Origin: Parasitella parasitica NRRL 2501
Taxonomy: Eukaryota > Fungi > Mucoromycota
DNA length: 36,943 bases
Assembly (NCBI GenBank): GCA_025201805.1
Contig: MU619430.1
Coordinates: 1 to 36,943, forward strand
Reading direction: 5' to 3'
Shown: in pieces, positions 1 through 10,419 of the stretch
Position numbering within the stretch: the stretch's first letter is position 1
Layout: each line of letters opens with the position of its first letter
Notes under the pieces: generated by a model
What the model saw: the letters and a program-made list of their open reading frames with translations, nothing else
The model's database searches: none
What the model was told of the DNA's origin: nothing
Position numbers and translations under genes: made by a program

Positions 1-367
1 AAAATTACCCGCAAAAACATTTTTATTTTTCAATATTTATCATGAATATCAGATATTTGCTCATAACTTTTGCTAAAATCACCGTAGAACCGAGATCTAA
101 CTTGGAAAACTTAGCATTGACTTGGCGCTATCTGGCAACAACATTGACATTAATGTTTTTATCAATATCTATAAAGTTATCAGATGATATCACAAATTCG
201 CATATCAGAATTGCATGTAATCAATGATAGGCTTCGGTAAAGAACAGAATAAACACTGTCTTATGCGCCATAAGAACAAGCATGATCATCGCTATCTGAG
301 CATAACTTGGGTTCCACTGGGCAATGTCTCTATCAAAAATTACCCGCAAAAACATTTTGGTTTTTTC
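1..367. repeat. Repeat-rich, probably transposon-derived segment running off the left edge
   Basis: Exact 23-bp direct repeat AAAATTACCCGCAAAAACATTTT at 1-23 and 336-358. Imperfect inverted repeat at 52-70/173-191 (15/19 match, ATAACTTT...AAAGTTAT). Hairpin CTTATG-cgc-CATAAG at 260-274. Confidence 0.45.
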
Positions 368-1019
368 GCTGTCGGATTTTGAAATATGTAATCACGTGAT
401 ATACTTTGTGGGTTTAAATGTTAAGACAGAAATGAGAAAACATTTGTGTTGTCATTTTAGTTCAAAGAAATGTGAACAAAAAAAAAAGATTAGTGTGGAA
501 GAAATTGTGGAAAATCGGATGTTGTTAATATGATTTAAACTCATATCAAAGTCCAAAATATTTACTAAGTTGATATAGGTGCAACTGAAGATGGTATAAC
601 ATTTCTGTTAGGTAATATCTTTTACCCTTTCTCCTGGACCTGACTTAAGTCTTTTTCCTCGCATCATTTCCATCAGCTCGTAGAAAGGAGTAGATAAACC
701 CTCTATTTGAAAATACGATATGTAGTATTATGGAGAATAGAAAGCGAAAGTTCTATATAAGTTTGAGAAGAAGGGAGATGAACTTTTCCTTTTTTATTTT
801 TTCATTTTTTATTGGAATGGAGATAATTCACATGCTGTTCATTTACATAACAAATACTACGATTGATGATTGTCATGTATGTTGAAGTCTCCAAAACTAT
901 CAATGCCATCAGTAACTTAGGAAGGAGGGGCCCATGAGCTTAGCCTCAAGACTGCATTAATAAATTTTAAAAATTCCAATAAATGCATTTTTTTATTTTT
1001 TTATTTTAATTTTTTCATC

Positions 1020-1840
1020 ATGGAGACGAGATTAGCATACGAGACATTATCGCAAATTATATCTTATTTAAAACAGGACCAGAATGCACTTTTACAAATC
1101 AATAGAACTTGCAAAAAGTTATACGAGCTTTCTATACCATTTCTCTTCAAATCACCAAAATTTGAATCTTTCGACAGTTTTGAAAAGTTTGCGACTACAT
1201 TGACTGAACATAATGGATTATCTGTACGGCATATTGACTTGCATATGGTTCCTCATCGCTGGGAGTCCTCGAGGATCAACAAACTTCTGTTTACATTGTC
1301 AGAAAAGACGCCAGACTTGGAATTACTCAATTTAGATCTTTGTTCGCAACTGTAAGTCTATTTTTTGTAAATAACGGCAATACTGATCCTTTGGCTAGGA
1401 GTAATAAGGCGCTAATAAGAATTACGAAACCATTGCACGATCTGCGGATTTTATCAGTGGATCAATGTGAACTAATCAGCGATGAATCAATTAAAGCGCT
1501 GGTGGACAATTGCCCATACATACAAGAACTCTATTTGGGATCAACACATATCACAGACAACGCCTTGAATCTAATAGCTATGAAATTTATGCTGCTAACA
1601 CATCTACACTTACCTGGCTGCGAGTATATTTCAGAGATAGGCGTAGACAAAGTGACTAGAGAATGTAAAACTCTGCGATACATAGACATTCAGGATTGTT
1701 ATAATGTATTAGGAAGCAACGATTTGTTACAACCAGCTTCAAGGTCAAATAGAGTAGAGACGCATCGTGGTAACTCGGATGAGGAGGATCAATGGGAAGA
1801 CATTGATGAAGAAGACGAGGAAGACGGTGGTGATAATTAG
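1020..1840 (+). CDS. F-box/leucine-rich-repeat (RNI-like, FBXL-type) protein with acidic C-terminal tail
   Basis: Exons 1020-1351 and 1399-1840; GT-AG intron 1352-1398 joins them in frame (CSQL-SNKAL). Degenerate F-box LAYETLSQIISYL...RTCKKLYELSIPFLF. Cys-containing LRRs (LRILSVDQCELISDE, LTHLHLPGCEYISEIGV). Confidence 0.85.
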
Positions 1841-2038
1841 CGAAGGGTGCAAAAAGATCATATTAAAAGAGATTTTGTTGAAACCCATAACAAAGAATTA
1901 TGATCACATCTCAATACAATCACTTGATTATTTCGGCAACTTCAACCATACTACATCCTTTTGAGTACATCACCCTAATAGGTTTTGGTAACTTGCCTTC
2001 AAGCTTCGAATAATACGAAATGTAAGCATCAATTGGAT

Positions 2039-2041
<3 letters not shown>

Positions 2042-2073
<32 letters not shown>
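2042..2073. repeat. Poly(dT) tract (32 T) upstream of UBR7
   Basis: Direct read; lies about 90 bp upstream of the ATG at 2166. Confidence 0.9.
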
Positions 2074-2077
<4 letters not shown>

Positions 2078-2165
2078 CAAGTCATCCAATGTATCTGTTA
2101 AGCCTTTCATTTACTCTTTTTTCTTTTTCACATTGGTCAAATTGCCAGCTGAACAAAGACAAATC

Positions 2166-3751
2166 ATGACAAATAATACAAATAACGAAGAAGATAGCGT
2201 AACTGCTTTGGAGTATATACAACGTCAAGAAAAATTAGAAAAGGATGCTCAAGACGTTTTGCCCGGAAACTTTGATGAGTGTACTTTTTCGTTGGGATAC
2301 GTCCGTCAGCCCCTTTATGCGTGTAAAACCTGTACAATTGATCAAGGAGAAGAGCCTGCCGGCATGTGTTATAGTTGCTCTATTGCCTGTCATGCAAGCC
2401 ATGATCTATTCGAACTTTTTCCAAAGAGGTCTTTCAGGTGTGATTGTGGTTTATCAGGAAAATTTGGTGGATATAACTGCTCTCGCATGGTGCCTGAAAA
2501 ATTAAACTATGCAACAAATGAAAAAAACAAGTATAACCACAACTTTAAAAACTTATACTGCAGGTTAGTTTCATTGCTTGCAAAATCAATTGAGAAAATG
2601 CTCAGATTTTGTTCCGTAGATGTGATCAAACGTATGACCCTGAAAAAGAAGAAGCGACAATGTATCAAGTAAATGACTAACTTTGGTTGATAATTGTTTT
2701 ATACGCTTGTTGACAATAATGATAGTGCATTAGCTGTGAAGATTGGTTTCATGAGAGATGTATCGGAAATGTAATGAAAGAACGCGTTTACATGTATTGC
2801 ACACTTATGCATTTTTGCTTAAATCTGTCATCAATGTTAGATTCCCGATGCTATTGACGAATTTGATTGTTATATCTGCAGAGACTGTACAAAGAAATAC
2901 CCTTTTTTGATGAATGGAAGAGATGCCAAGTTTAGTTATGGTCTTTCCAAGGGAAATGAACCTGTTCATCAATGGATTTTACCAGAAAGACTAGTAAAAA
3001 ATGCAAAACAAAAAGAAGCACCAAATCAAGAAGCTTCAAAAACAAATCAAGAGCCCGAAGCCTTTTCTTTGGATACTTCAAAAGCAACTGAAGATACGAT
3101 ACCATCAGATCATGGTACAAGCGGAGCAGGTGAAAAGAGAAAACATGAAGATGAACCTGAGGAAAAGCACAATATCATTGTCAATGTATATAAAAAGATG
3201 AAGAGTGACACCAATTGCCAGAATGGTGAGTAATACGACTTTGGGATAAAATCGATGTAATTGACGGCATTTTTTAGTTGATATATCATTGTTACCAGAA
3301 CACGACCATATCGAAGTGTTTTTACAGGATGACTGGAGACAGAATCTATGCAAATGTGCCAAGGTAATTGGTGTGATTATGAGTTTTAAGACTATGCTGA
3401 CATGAATTAGTGTGTACAAGAGTATAAAACTCATAGTGTGGAGTTTCTTTTCGAAGAAGAGGCAACTGTTGAACCAGAGAATGATGAAGATATAGGAAAA
3501 TCCTTACTGGATATTGGTATGGAACAGTTACAACGCATGGACAGAGTTCAGGCCATAGAAAGCATAAGGGCATTTCAAACATTATCATCCGATTTGAAGT
3601 CGTTTTTTGAAAATTTCAAGGAAACAGGAGAAGTAGTAACAAAGGAAGATGTTCAAGAGTATTTTGATGTAAGTAAGATTTTTGATGTAAAATGAATGTA
3701 TCTGAATGAATAATTATGTAGGCTAAAAGAAGAGAAAGACAACAGCAATAA
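2166..3751 (+). CDS. UBR7: UBR7/Mlo2-type E3 ubiquitin ligase (UBR-box plus PHD-like finger)
   Basis: 7 exons: 2166-2563, 2620-2668, 2726-2770, 2841-3225, 3278-3363, 3411-3668, 3722-3751, all with GT-AG introns. UBR-box CTFSLGYVRQPLYACKTC...CYSCSIACHASHDLFELFPKRSFRCDCG. PHD MYQCISCEDWFHERC. C-terminal VVTKEDVQEYFD. Confidence 0.93.
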
Positions 3752-3779
3752 TAGCTTTTATTTTATTTTATTTTTTCTT

Positions 3780-6700
3780 TTACCAATCTTCGTCATCATC
3801 ATCACTTGGTAATGCCTGTTGTCTTCTTGCTTTGATCTACATCATTCTTCAATAAAACGTAACAATGCGATGGATTAATTTGAACTTACTGCGTCAGCTA
3901 ATGAAAGTGCTGCTGGGTTTCCGTTTCTAGGTGGGGCCTGTGGACTTGGGGTTGCTTGAGGTCTTCCAGGGACACTGAAGGTTGATATGTGACCTGCTGC
4001 AGTTGGAATGCTCGGAGCAGTGAGGCTATCTTTGCTAGTATCAGGTTTACTGCCAGGAATTGCTGGTTTAAAGGGTACAGCCGGTTTAGCTGGGACTTGT
4101 GGAGCTCTGCCTGCTGCGATAGGTGTGGTATTATCTGCTTTGTCCTGAGCAGCGGCATTTTTAGCGTTCAAAGCAGCTCTCCACGCAGGAATACCATTCA
4201 CTGTAGGAGCACCTATGCCAGGCATAACAGGAACAGCATCGCCGTATTGACTCATGCGATTAACAGCAGGCGTAGCAATAGGCTCAGGAACTGATTTTTG
4301 TCGTTGCTGTTGCTGAGGAACCGGAGGAGGGACCCTTCTTCTCGCAGGTGGAACAGGTGGAAGAGAAGGTTTTTGGGCAACGTATTCTTCCAAGTAATTA
4401 CTAGGTGCCCAACCATCTTTGCCATTAACACGGACCAGCCACCAGCCATTTTCATCTTTTTCAACGATTTCCATGGTATCGCCTTTTTGAAACGAAACTT
4501 CTCCTCCTTCTTGGGATTCGAAAGCATATATTGCTTTGTAAACGGGGTGAATTGAAAGTGGCGGTTTTGGAGTAGAAGTTTCAGGTACTGGAAAGCTTGG
4601 TTGAGCCTGGTTTCTATTATTGATATTCGATGTAAATTCTGATTGGGGAGCTGCGGTAGCAACACGAGCAGTGGTACTGGCTGATGTTATAACAGGTTGA
4701 CGCCGCTGTGTATTTGAATTACTGACTCTAGACTTTCTGGCAGCTGATGGACGAGACTCTGTTCACATAATCATCATCATTAGCTAAACTTACCACACAC
4801 ACACATATATATATATATATATACGTTAACAAAACTTACGACTATCAGGTGGTTCCCCAGAAGGAACATATACTACATGGCTCTTGTAAAAGTCATCGCG
4901 AGGAATCTTCTCGTCTTTGAGAAACTGCATAGTAACCATCTTTCCACCCTTCTTCTTGTACTGTATTTGCGGCTCCACATTCACTGTAATTCTGCCGTTT
5001 GTTACTTGCGATATACGAGCAAGTAATTCCGTCTTGAATACACAGGAAATCACACAATCGCTTCCATCAGGAGAAGAATCAAGGTGTAAAATAACCCAAT
5101 CATCACGAAGTGTAGAAACACTGGCTCTCTTAATTACATTTAACGAGAATACCTTTTCCTCGATCATTTGAATGGATCTGCCATTTTTCGTGGTAACAAC
5201 GATATGAAACCTCTGGTTTGTCAGCACAAACGTTCTGGGGCTTGGTACGCTAGATCGCATGGCTCTAGGGACTAATATTGAGCCCTTCATACTTAACAGT
5301 ATCTGTTCCGTTGGCTTCAGTTGAATAGCATTACGAATCATAGCGGCTAAACCGGATCCATTCTGTACATCCAGGTAGTCGCCCAAGAACATTCGCTGAC
5401 TCAACAAAGAAAATCTACGACGCTCCTTTCTGCCACCCAGTAACTGATGGCCATAATCTCTCAACTGCAAATATCCGATATTGTGCTTGTTTCCTCTCCA
5501 GAATCGTTGAATCTTAGCAGCACATTCGTTCTTGTATCGAACATGAGCCCTCCAGGCACGCTGAATACGGATGGCCATATTGTGCCAGTATTTATCTCTT
5601 AATGCTTCGAGAGCAAATATAGTTTCAGGATGTTTGATGAATACTTTGGAAGTTCCCATTTGCCACTCGTCTGGAGGTATATGATTGTACTTTAAAATCT
5701 CCAAGCAGCCAGTCTGGGCGTCACCCTGCCAAATGTAGTCCCCAGCGTAGCCTGTTGTAGGACACAACAGGTAGAACCTCTCCACAAACTTGCCGAATAC
5801 AGTTCTGTAGGCAAACCCAGCTCTTCGGACGCGAATGTTCTCGCATAAACCCAGGTATTTAATCTGATGATGCACTCGCTGGATGTTGTATTCAGTCGAA
5901 CTTCGATTATCGTTGGGTTTAATGGTGCGAATGTAACTAGGATGGCACATCATCAGTTTGTCTACTAATGCATTGCACGAGAATTTGATCTTGTCACTTG
6001 CCGTAGGTGGTCTCTTTCTGGAATCAGGATCGATCCTCTCAGAAAATAAGGCGTTGGAGATAAAGTGGTCCTTTGAACCTGCGGCGAGATCTAACAAATC
6101 TTTGAGTAGAGCATCTTTATTTTTGTCTGTGATCCCAGCAATGTTGTAGAACACATCACCAGCATAGTGCCTAATCAAAAATTGTGACCCGCGACTCTCA
6201 AAATGAGGATTGGAAGACAAGAAGCCCAGCCTTTGCACAAACGAGTTATCTGCAGCCTCTGGATCTGCGTGGGCAGTAGCACAGGCGTCATTTAGCGCTG
6301 CAAAGATGCCAGGAGGTCGTTTAGCCTCGATCAAATCACACACTACCTTGTTGTCAAAAAACTTGATAGGCGTCCATTCAATCTGCTCCTTGACATATTC
6401 GTCCTGCTCGGCTTTTAGTGTGAGCTCGATAAAGATCTGCTGCAACTTTTCATTGACATAGTTGATACACAGTTGTTCAAAATTGTTGTTTTCAAATATT
6501 TCAAAGCCGTAGATATCCAACACACCTATGGTATGGCGCACATCACCCCTCGCCTGTAAAGATACGTTGACTCGAGCTACAATCCATTCAAACAATCGCT
6601 CATAAATAGACTTTGCAAGTGCATCTCTTACTGAGGTTGCCTGGGTAATGTTGAGAGGAACCTCGTACACACTGCCACGGCGACCACCTCGGTGGGTTTC

Positions 6701-8092
6701 CATGATGCGCACTGTCAACGCTTTATTAAGATCTGCATATTCCACTTGAGCGAGGTAGGCAATAAAATTGACCACTAAATTTCATACATGTGTATTAGTA
6801 CCACTATGCTTAAATCATAGTAATATCTTGTCTACCATCTGCATCAGTAACATGTGAGTGACCTTGATCGTCTTCAGCAAATACCACATTCCCGAGCCAT
6901 AAAATCACAGATAGCATTTTGAATATATCATCTATTTCAGCTTGCTGTAGCCCAATAACATCCATTGCCTTTAACGTATCCTGAAAATCGTTCATATCAT
7001 TGATATCTTCGACGTCTAAGCAGTTACTACGACTGGTATATAGAAAACTCTCAGGACCTTGTAGGCCGTACCGTTCTAATAACCCATAAGCTGCAAGTTA
7101 TGTATACTACATCGGTTCACCATTTGCGCACTATTTTACCTTTATATTCAGCAGGAGCAGATTTTGTGAGTTGATAAAAGATGTGAAAGTTTCGTTCATT
7201 CTCAATTTGTCCAACAACGCGGTTCTTTTGCGTATATTTCAGTCAGCAATATTACGGCTGTTGCCTAGAACCAGTTGAGAACCTTACCTTTTCCAACAAA
7301 TAATTAGTGATAAATGCTCCCACTGGCTCGCCTTGAGCATTAAACTGAATTTCTAAATATTTGCCATGTCGACTGGAATTGTTATTTCTTAATGTCTTTG
7401 CACAACCAAAGCTTTCCAACAATGGATTTGTAGCCAACACCATCTCTTTAATTTCTTGAATAGCAGCACTTTTACCTTCAGAAACAGCAGCAATGTATTG
7501 CATTATTCTCTTGGCAGCTTCTGTTTTACCAGCTCCAGATTCACCACTAATGATAATACACTGGTTTTCTTTATAACTGTTCATATGATGATAGGAAGCT
7601 TCTGCAATAGAAAAGACATGTGGTGTAACCTACATTTCGCATTAATTAAGTGTCAAGCTTATTTTTCATAGTGTATGAATGCTCGCCTCCAAAAGATTTT
7701 TTTCTTTATAGCTTCGTAATATTTCATCTGTATAGATGCCCAAATCTTTGAAAGGATTGACGCTAATGAGCACATGGCCAATATAAGTCTATCCGACCTC
7801 AATTAGCGAGGCTCTTTTTGCTTTTTGCATATGGCCTACATAAATGTCTCCGTTCTTCCATCGTAATTCTAAGTTTTCGTTGATGGCTTCTTCCGTGATT
7901 TTGGTCAACAAGGTCATGTCAGAAACACCAACTTGCTTCTTTCTCGTGCCTTCTTTCCAGTCAGCCCTAGCAGGCCGAATTGCCTTAATCACCTTTTTAT
8001 CGGCTTTTTTTCCTGCTCCAAATCGCTGAAATGTAAAAAAAAACAAGGTCAGTGTGCAGCGTTTCAATTAAGGTAGAAAATCTTACTTTCAT
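3780..8092 (-). CDS. MYO1: Fungal class I myosin (motor, IQ, TH1, SH3, acidic DEDW tail)
   Basis: Introns 8026-8086, 7789-7839, 7630-7686 (GC-AG), 7225-7287, 7076-7139, 6775-6835, 4759-4839, 3837-3889. P-loop [28 protein letters not shown]-site [10 protein letters not shown]3 (YKAIYAF...GWWLV...GWAPSNYL), Arp2/3-binding end DDDDEDW. The start at 8092 relies on a 6-nt first coding exon (ATG AAA|GTAAGA). Confidence 0.96.
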
Positions 8093-8731
8093 GCAGGTTT
8101 ATTTTGTTAAAAATTAGAGAAAGAGAAAAGTGGAGAAAAAAAGAAAATAACATAACACACAAGAATATTGCAAAATGTGCTTTTTCCCCGAATTGCAATA
8201 TATCATCGTCAGATCCATGGCTTTTCATGAGTGATTTAAACGACAAGCACCTAATTCACTTTTTCTACCCTCCCGTTTCCAACGCTCATTTGTCCCATGA
8301 GCGCACTCCAGCAGAACACTTTGTAACTTGGCTTCACAGTGGCTTCATCAATCCATCTGTTGGTCAAAAGACAAACGTCTGCAATCATGTCCACAATGCT
8401 AATGTTATAAATGATAGTCAATTCGATTGATCATAATTGTGATACTGTTCGTGAATAATAAGCGCTCACAAGCATCTAATACAATCTTAGTTTCGTTATA
8501 TTGATTCATTTACATTTCAAATTGTGTCCATTTCAATAGATAGTGAATAAGATCTGTTAATATAATTTTCACTAGTGCTGTCAATGGGGATGTCATATGA
8601 CACTTCCATGTATTTGCTAAGGCCCCATCAGCCCTATAATACTGTCCAAAATCCATAATCTCTTATTCCACCCTTGTAGCATCTACGCTACTCATACAGT
8701 CTTCAACGATGAAAGTATACCTTCTTACCCA

Positions 8732-9716
8732 ATGCATTTTCATCAAGGACGCAGCCAGAGGTCACCAAGCAAAATTCCTACGCTACTTGAGAGCATTGTT
8801 TGTAGCGAAAAGGAATTTTTTATCCACGACTTGATGAGAAAAAAAGACGCCCATTTCGCGCAAAAGACAAAAATCTCCCTCTTCTCCCTTTCCTCTTTCT
8901 TAGATACTGGACCAACAACATCGACTTGTATCAGCATACTCAAAATCACTAGCGGGCCGATGCTCAATATATTTACCAGCAAGAACCAAGCAGCTATCAA
9001 GTCTCCACAGAGAAAATGCCCTCCACCTCTTGCATTAGAATACAAAGATAATGAGGCTCAATATACAACCATGGTTTTTGCAAGTCGACAGACAGGGCAT
9101 CAAATGCTCTGTTGTTTCATTTAGCAGAAGCTATAACTAAATTTCTGTTAATTATGAAAGATAACTTTTGATGGACACATCGCCCGGTAGAAATCAAGTT
9201 ATGCTCAGATAGTCCTGATTGTGCCTGTTTCAGTTAAATGCAAGTTATTCTACACTATGCTTTTTATCAAAGCCTATTAGGGTTTATATGCAACTTTTAT
9301 ATGGAAATGAAGTTTCCAAAGTGCTGATTTCAAGGAACTGGTGGCCTCAAGCAGTATTTCACTTCACTAACAAAGTAAAAATATTCGAATTAACAGCTGT
9401 ATTCTTAATCATATCAATTTAGTAACTGTATCAAATAAAAATAATGTACTGTATTATGACTTTGTGGATGACATAGATACCTGGCTCAATTACTTGATCT
9501 AGAAGGTGTGCACATCTGCCAACATATCAAAACTATATCTCTGTGCCTCGTACTCACCTGGAGTTGGATTCGTTTCGCAGTTGTCTCAAGGATCTATTCG
9601 TTTGGAAGCCCCATCTAATGAATATTAGCAACACCATCCCAGTTGCTAATCACAATCGGGAGATGCAATACCGTGTAGATTTCAGCAATAGTCTAAGCCC
9701 TCCTCAATCTCCATAA
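8732..9716 (+). pseudogene. Degenerate copy of a Mucorales multicopy PD-(D/E)XK/Crinkler-like nuclease-family gene
   Basis: Stitching frames over 9300-9716 gives GNEVS/SADFKELVASSSISLH*QSKNIRINSCILNHINLVTVSNKNNVLYYDFVDD/YLAQLLDLEGVHICQHIKTIS/VPRTHLELDSFRSCLKDLFVWKPHL...LSPPQSP*. It has at least 3 frameshifts and an in-frame TAA at 9368-9370. The 5' boundary is uncertain and could extend to about 8270. Confidence 0.6.
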
Positions 9717-10419
9717 AAAATGTTCAGCCTGTCAATGTCTATTTGTTTCCTTCGAAAGGTAATAAGAAAACAGGATTCGCGTTTGAACATGAAATTTAGT
9801 ATGTTATTTTCCCTACTATTATCCCACTCAGTATATCAATAAATATAGAAGCAAATAGATATACATACAAAAATACATACATGGCAAATAATCACTGTTG
9901 TTTAACAAAGCTGGTATTTTGGTTTTGGGATTCTCGCTTTAGCATTAAATAATCAACAAACGGGCTAGAAGGGTAAAGTTTTCGATGCATGCAAATGATA
10001 GGTATTCAATGATATGTTAATGTTTGAGCAAGTTGAATTTCCAACTATCTTTCTCAGGCGTTGCTCTTTTTAATCATCAACATGCACTCAGATTTCCGAT
10101 TTCTGCGAAATATATACCAATTTAATGCAAAGAACTGGTTACAAAGGTGTAGATCGAATATACAAGTTGGAGGGGAGGGGGGGGAGTTTTTTCTTTTTTC
10201 TTTTCTTTTCTAAACTAGAGCTTTGAATATCGACGAAATCAATTATGACCACAAACAGTTGAATGCATTTCATAAATATGCATGATAATTATGAATGTCA
10301 ATTGTCCTTTTTTATCACAAGGCTTACACGAGCCACGAAAAGCAGTACTTTTGCTGATTGTATTGATATAGATTCTCCTCTTTTCGTCAACAACTTGACA
10401 AGCTTTGTTCAACGTAAAA

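Noticed and set aside
605-715. Short minus-strand frame FQIEGLSTPFYELMEMMRGKRLKSGPGERVKDIT
   Set aside because: No supportable start or splice structure and no recognisable family.
4801-4823. (CA)n/(AT)n microsatellites in introns (also about 20643, 21870, 32307)
   Set aside because: Ordinary slippage repeats. A link to ApT 6mA methylation cannot be supported from sequence alone.
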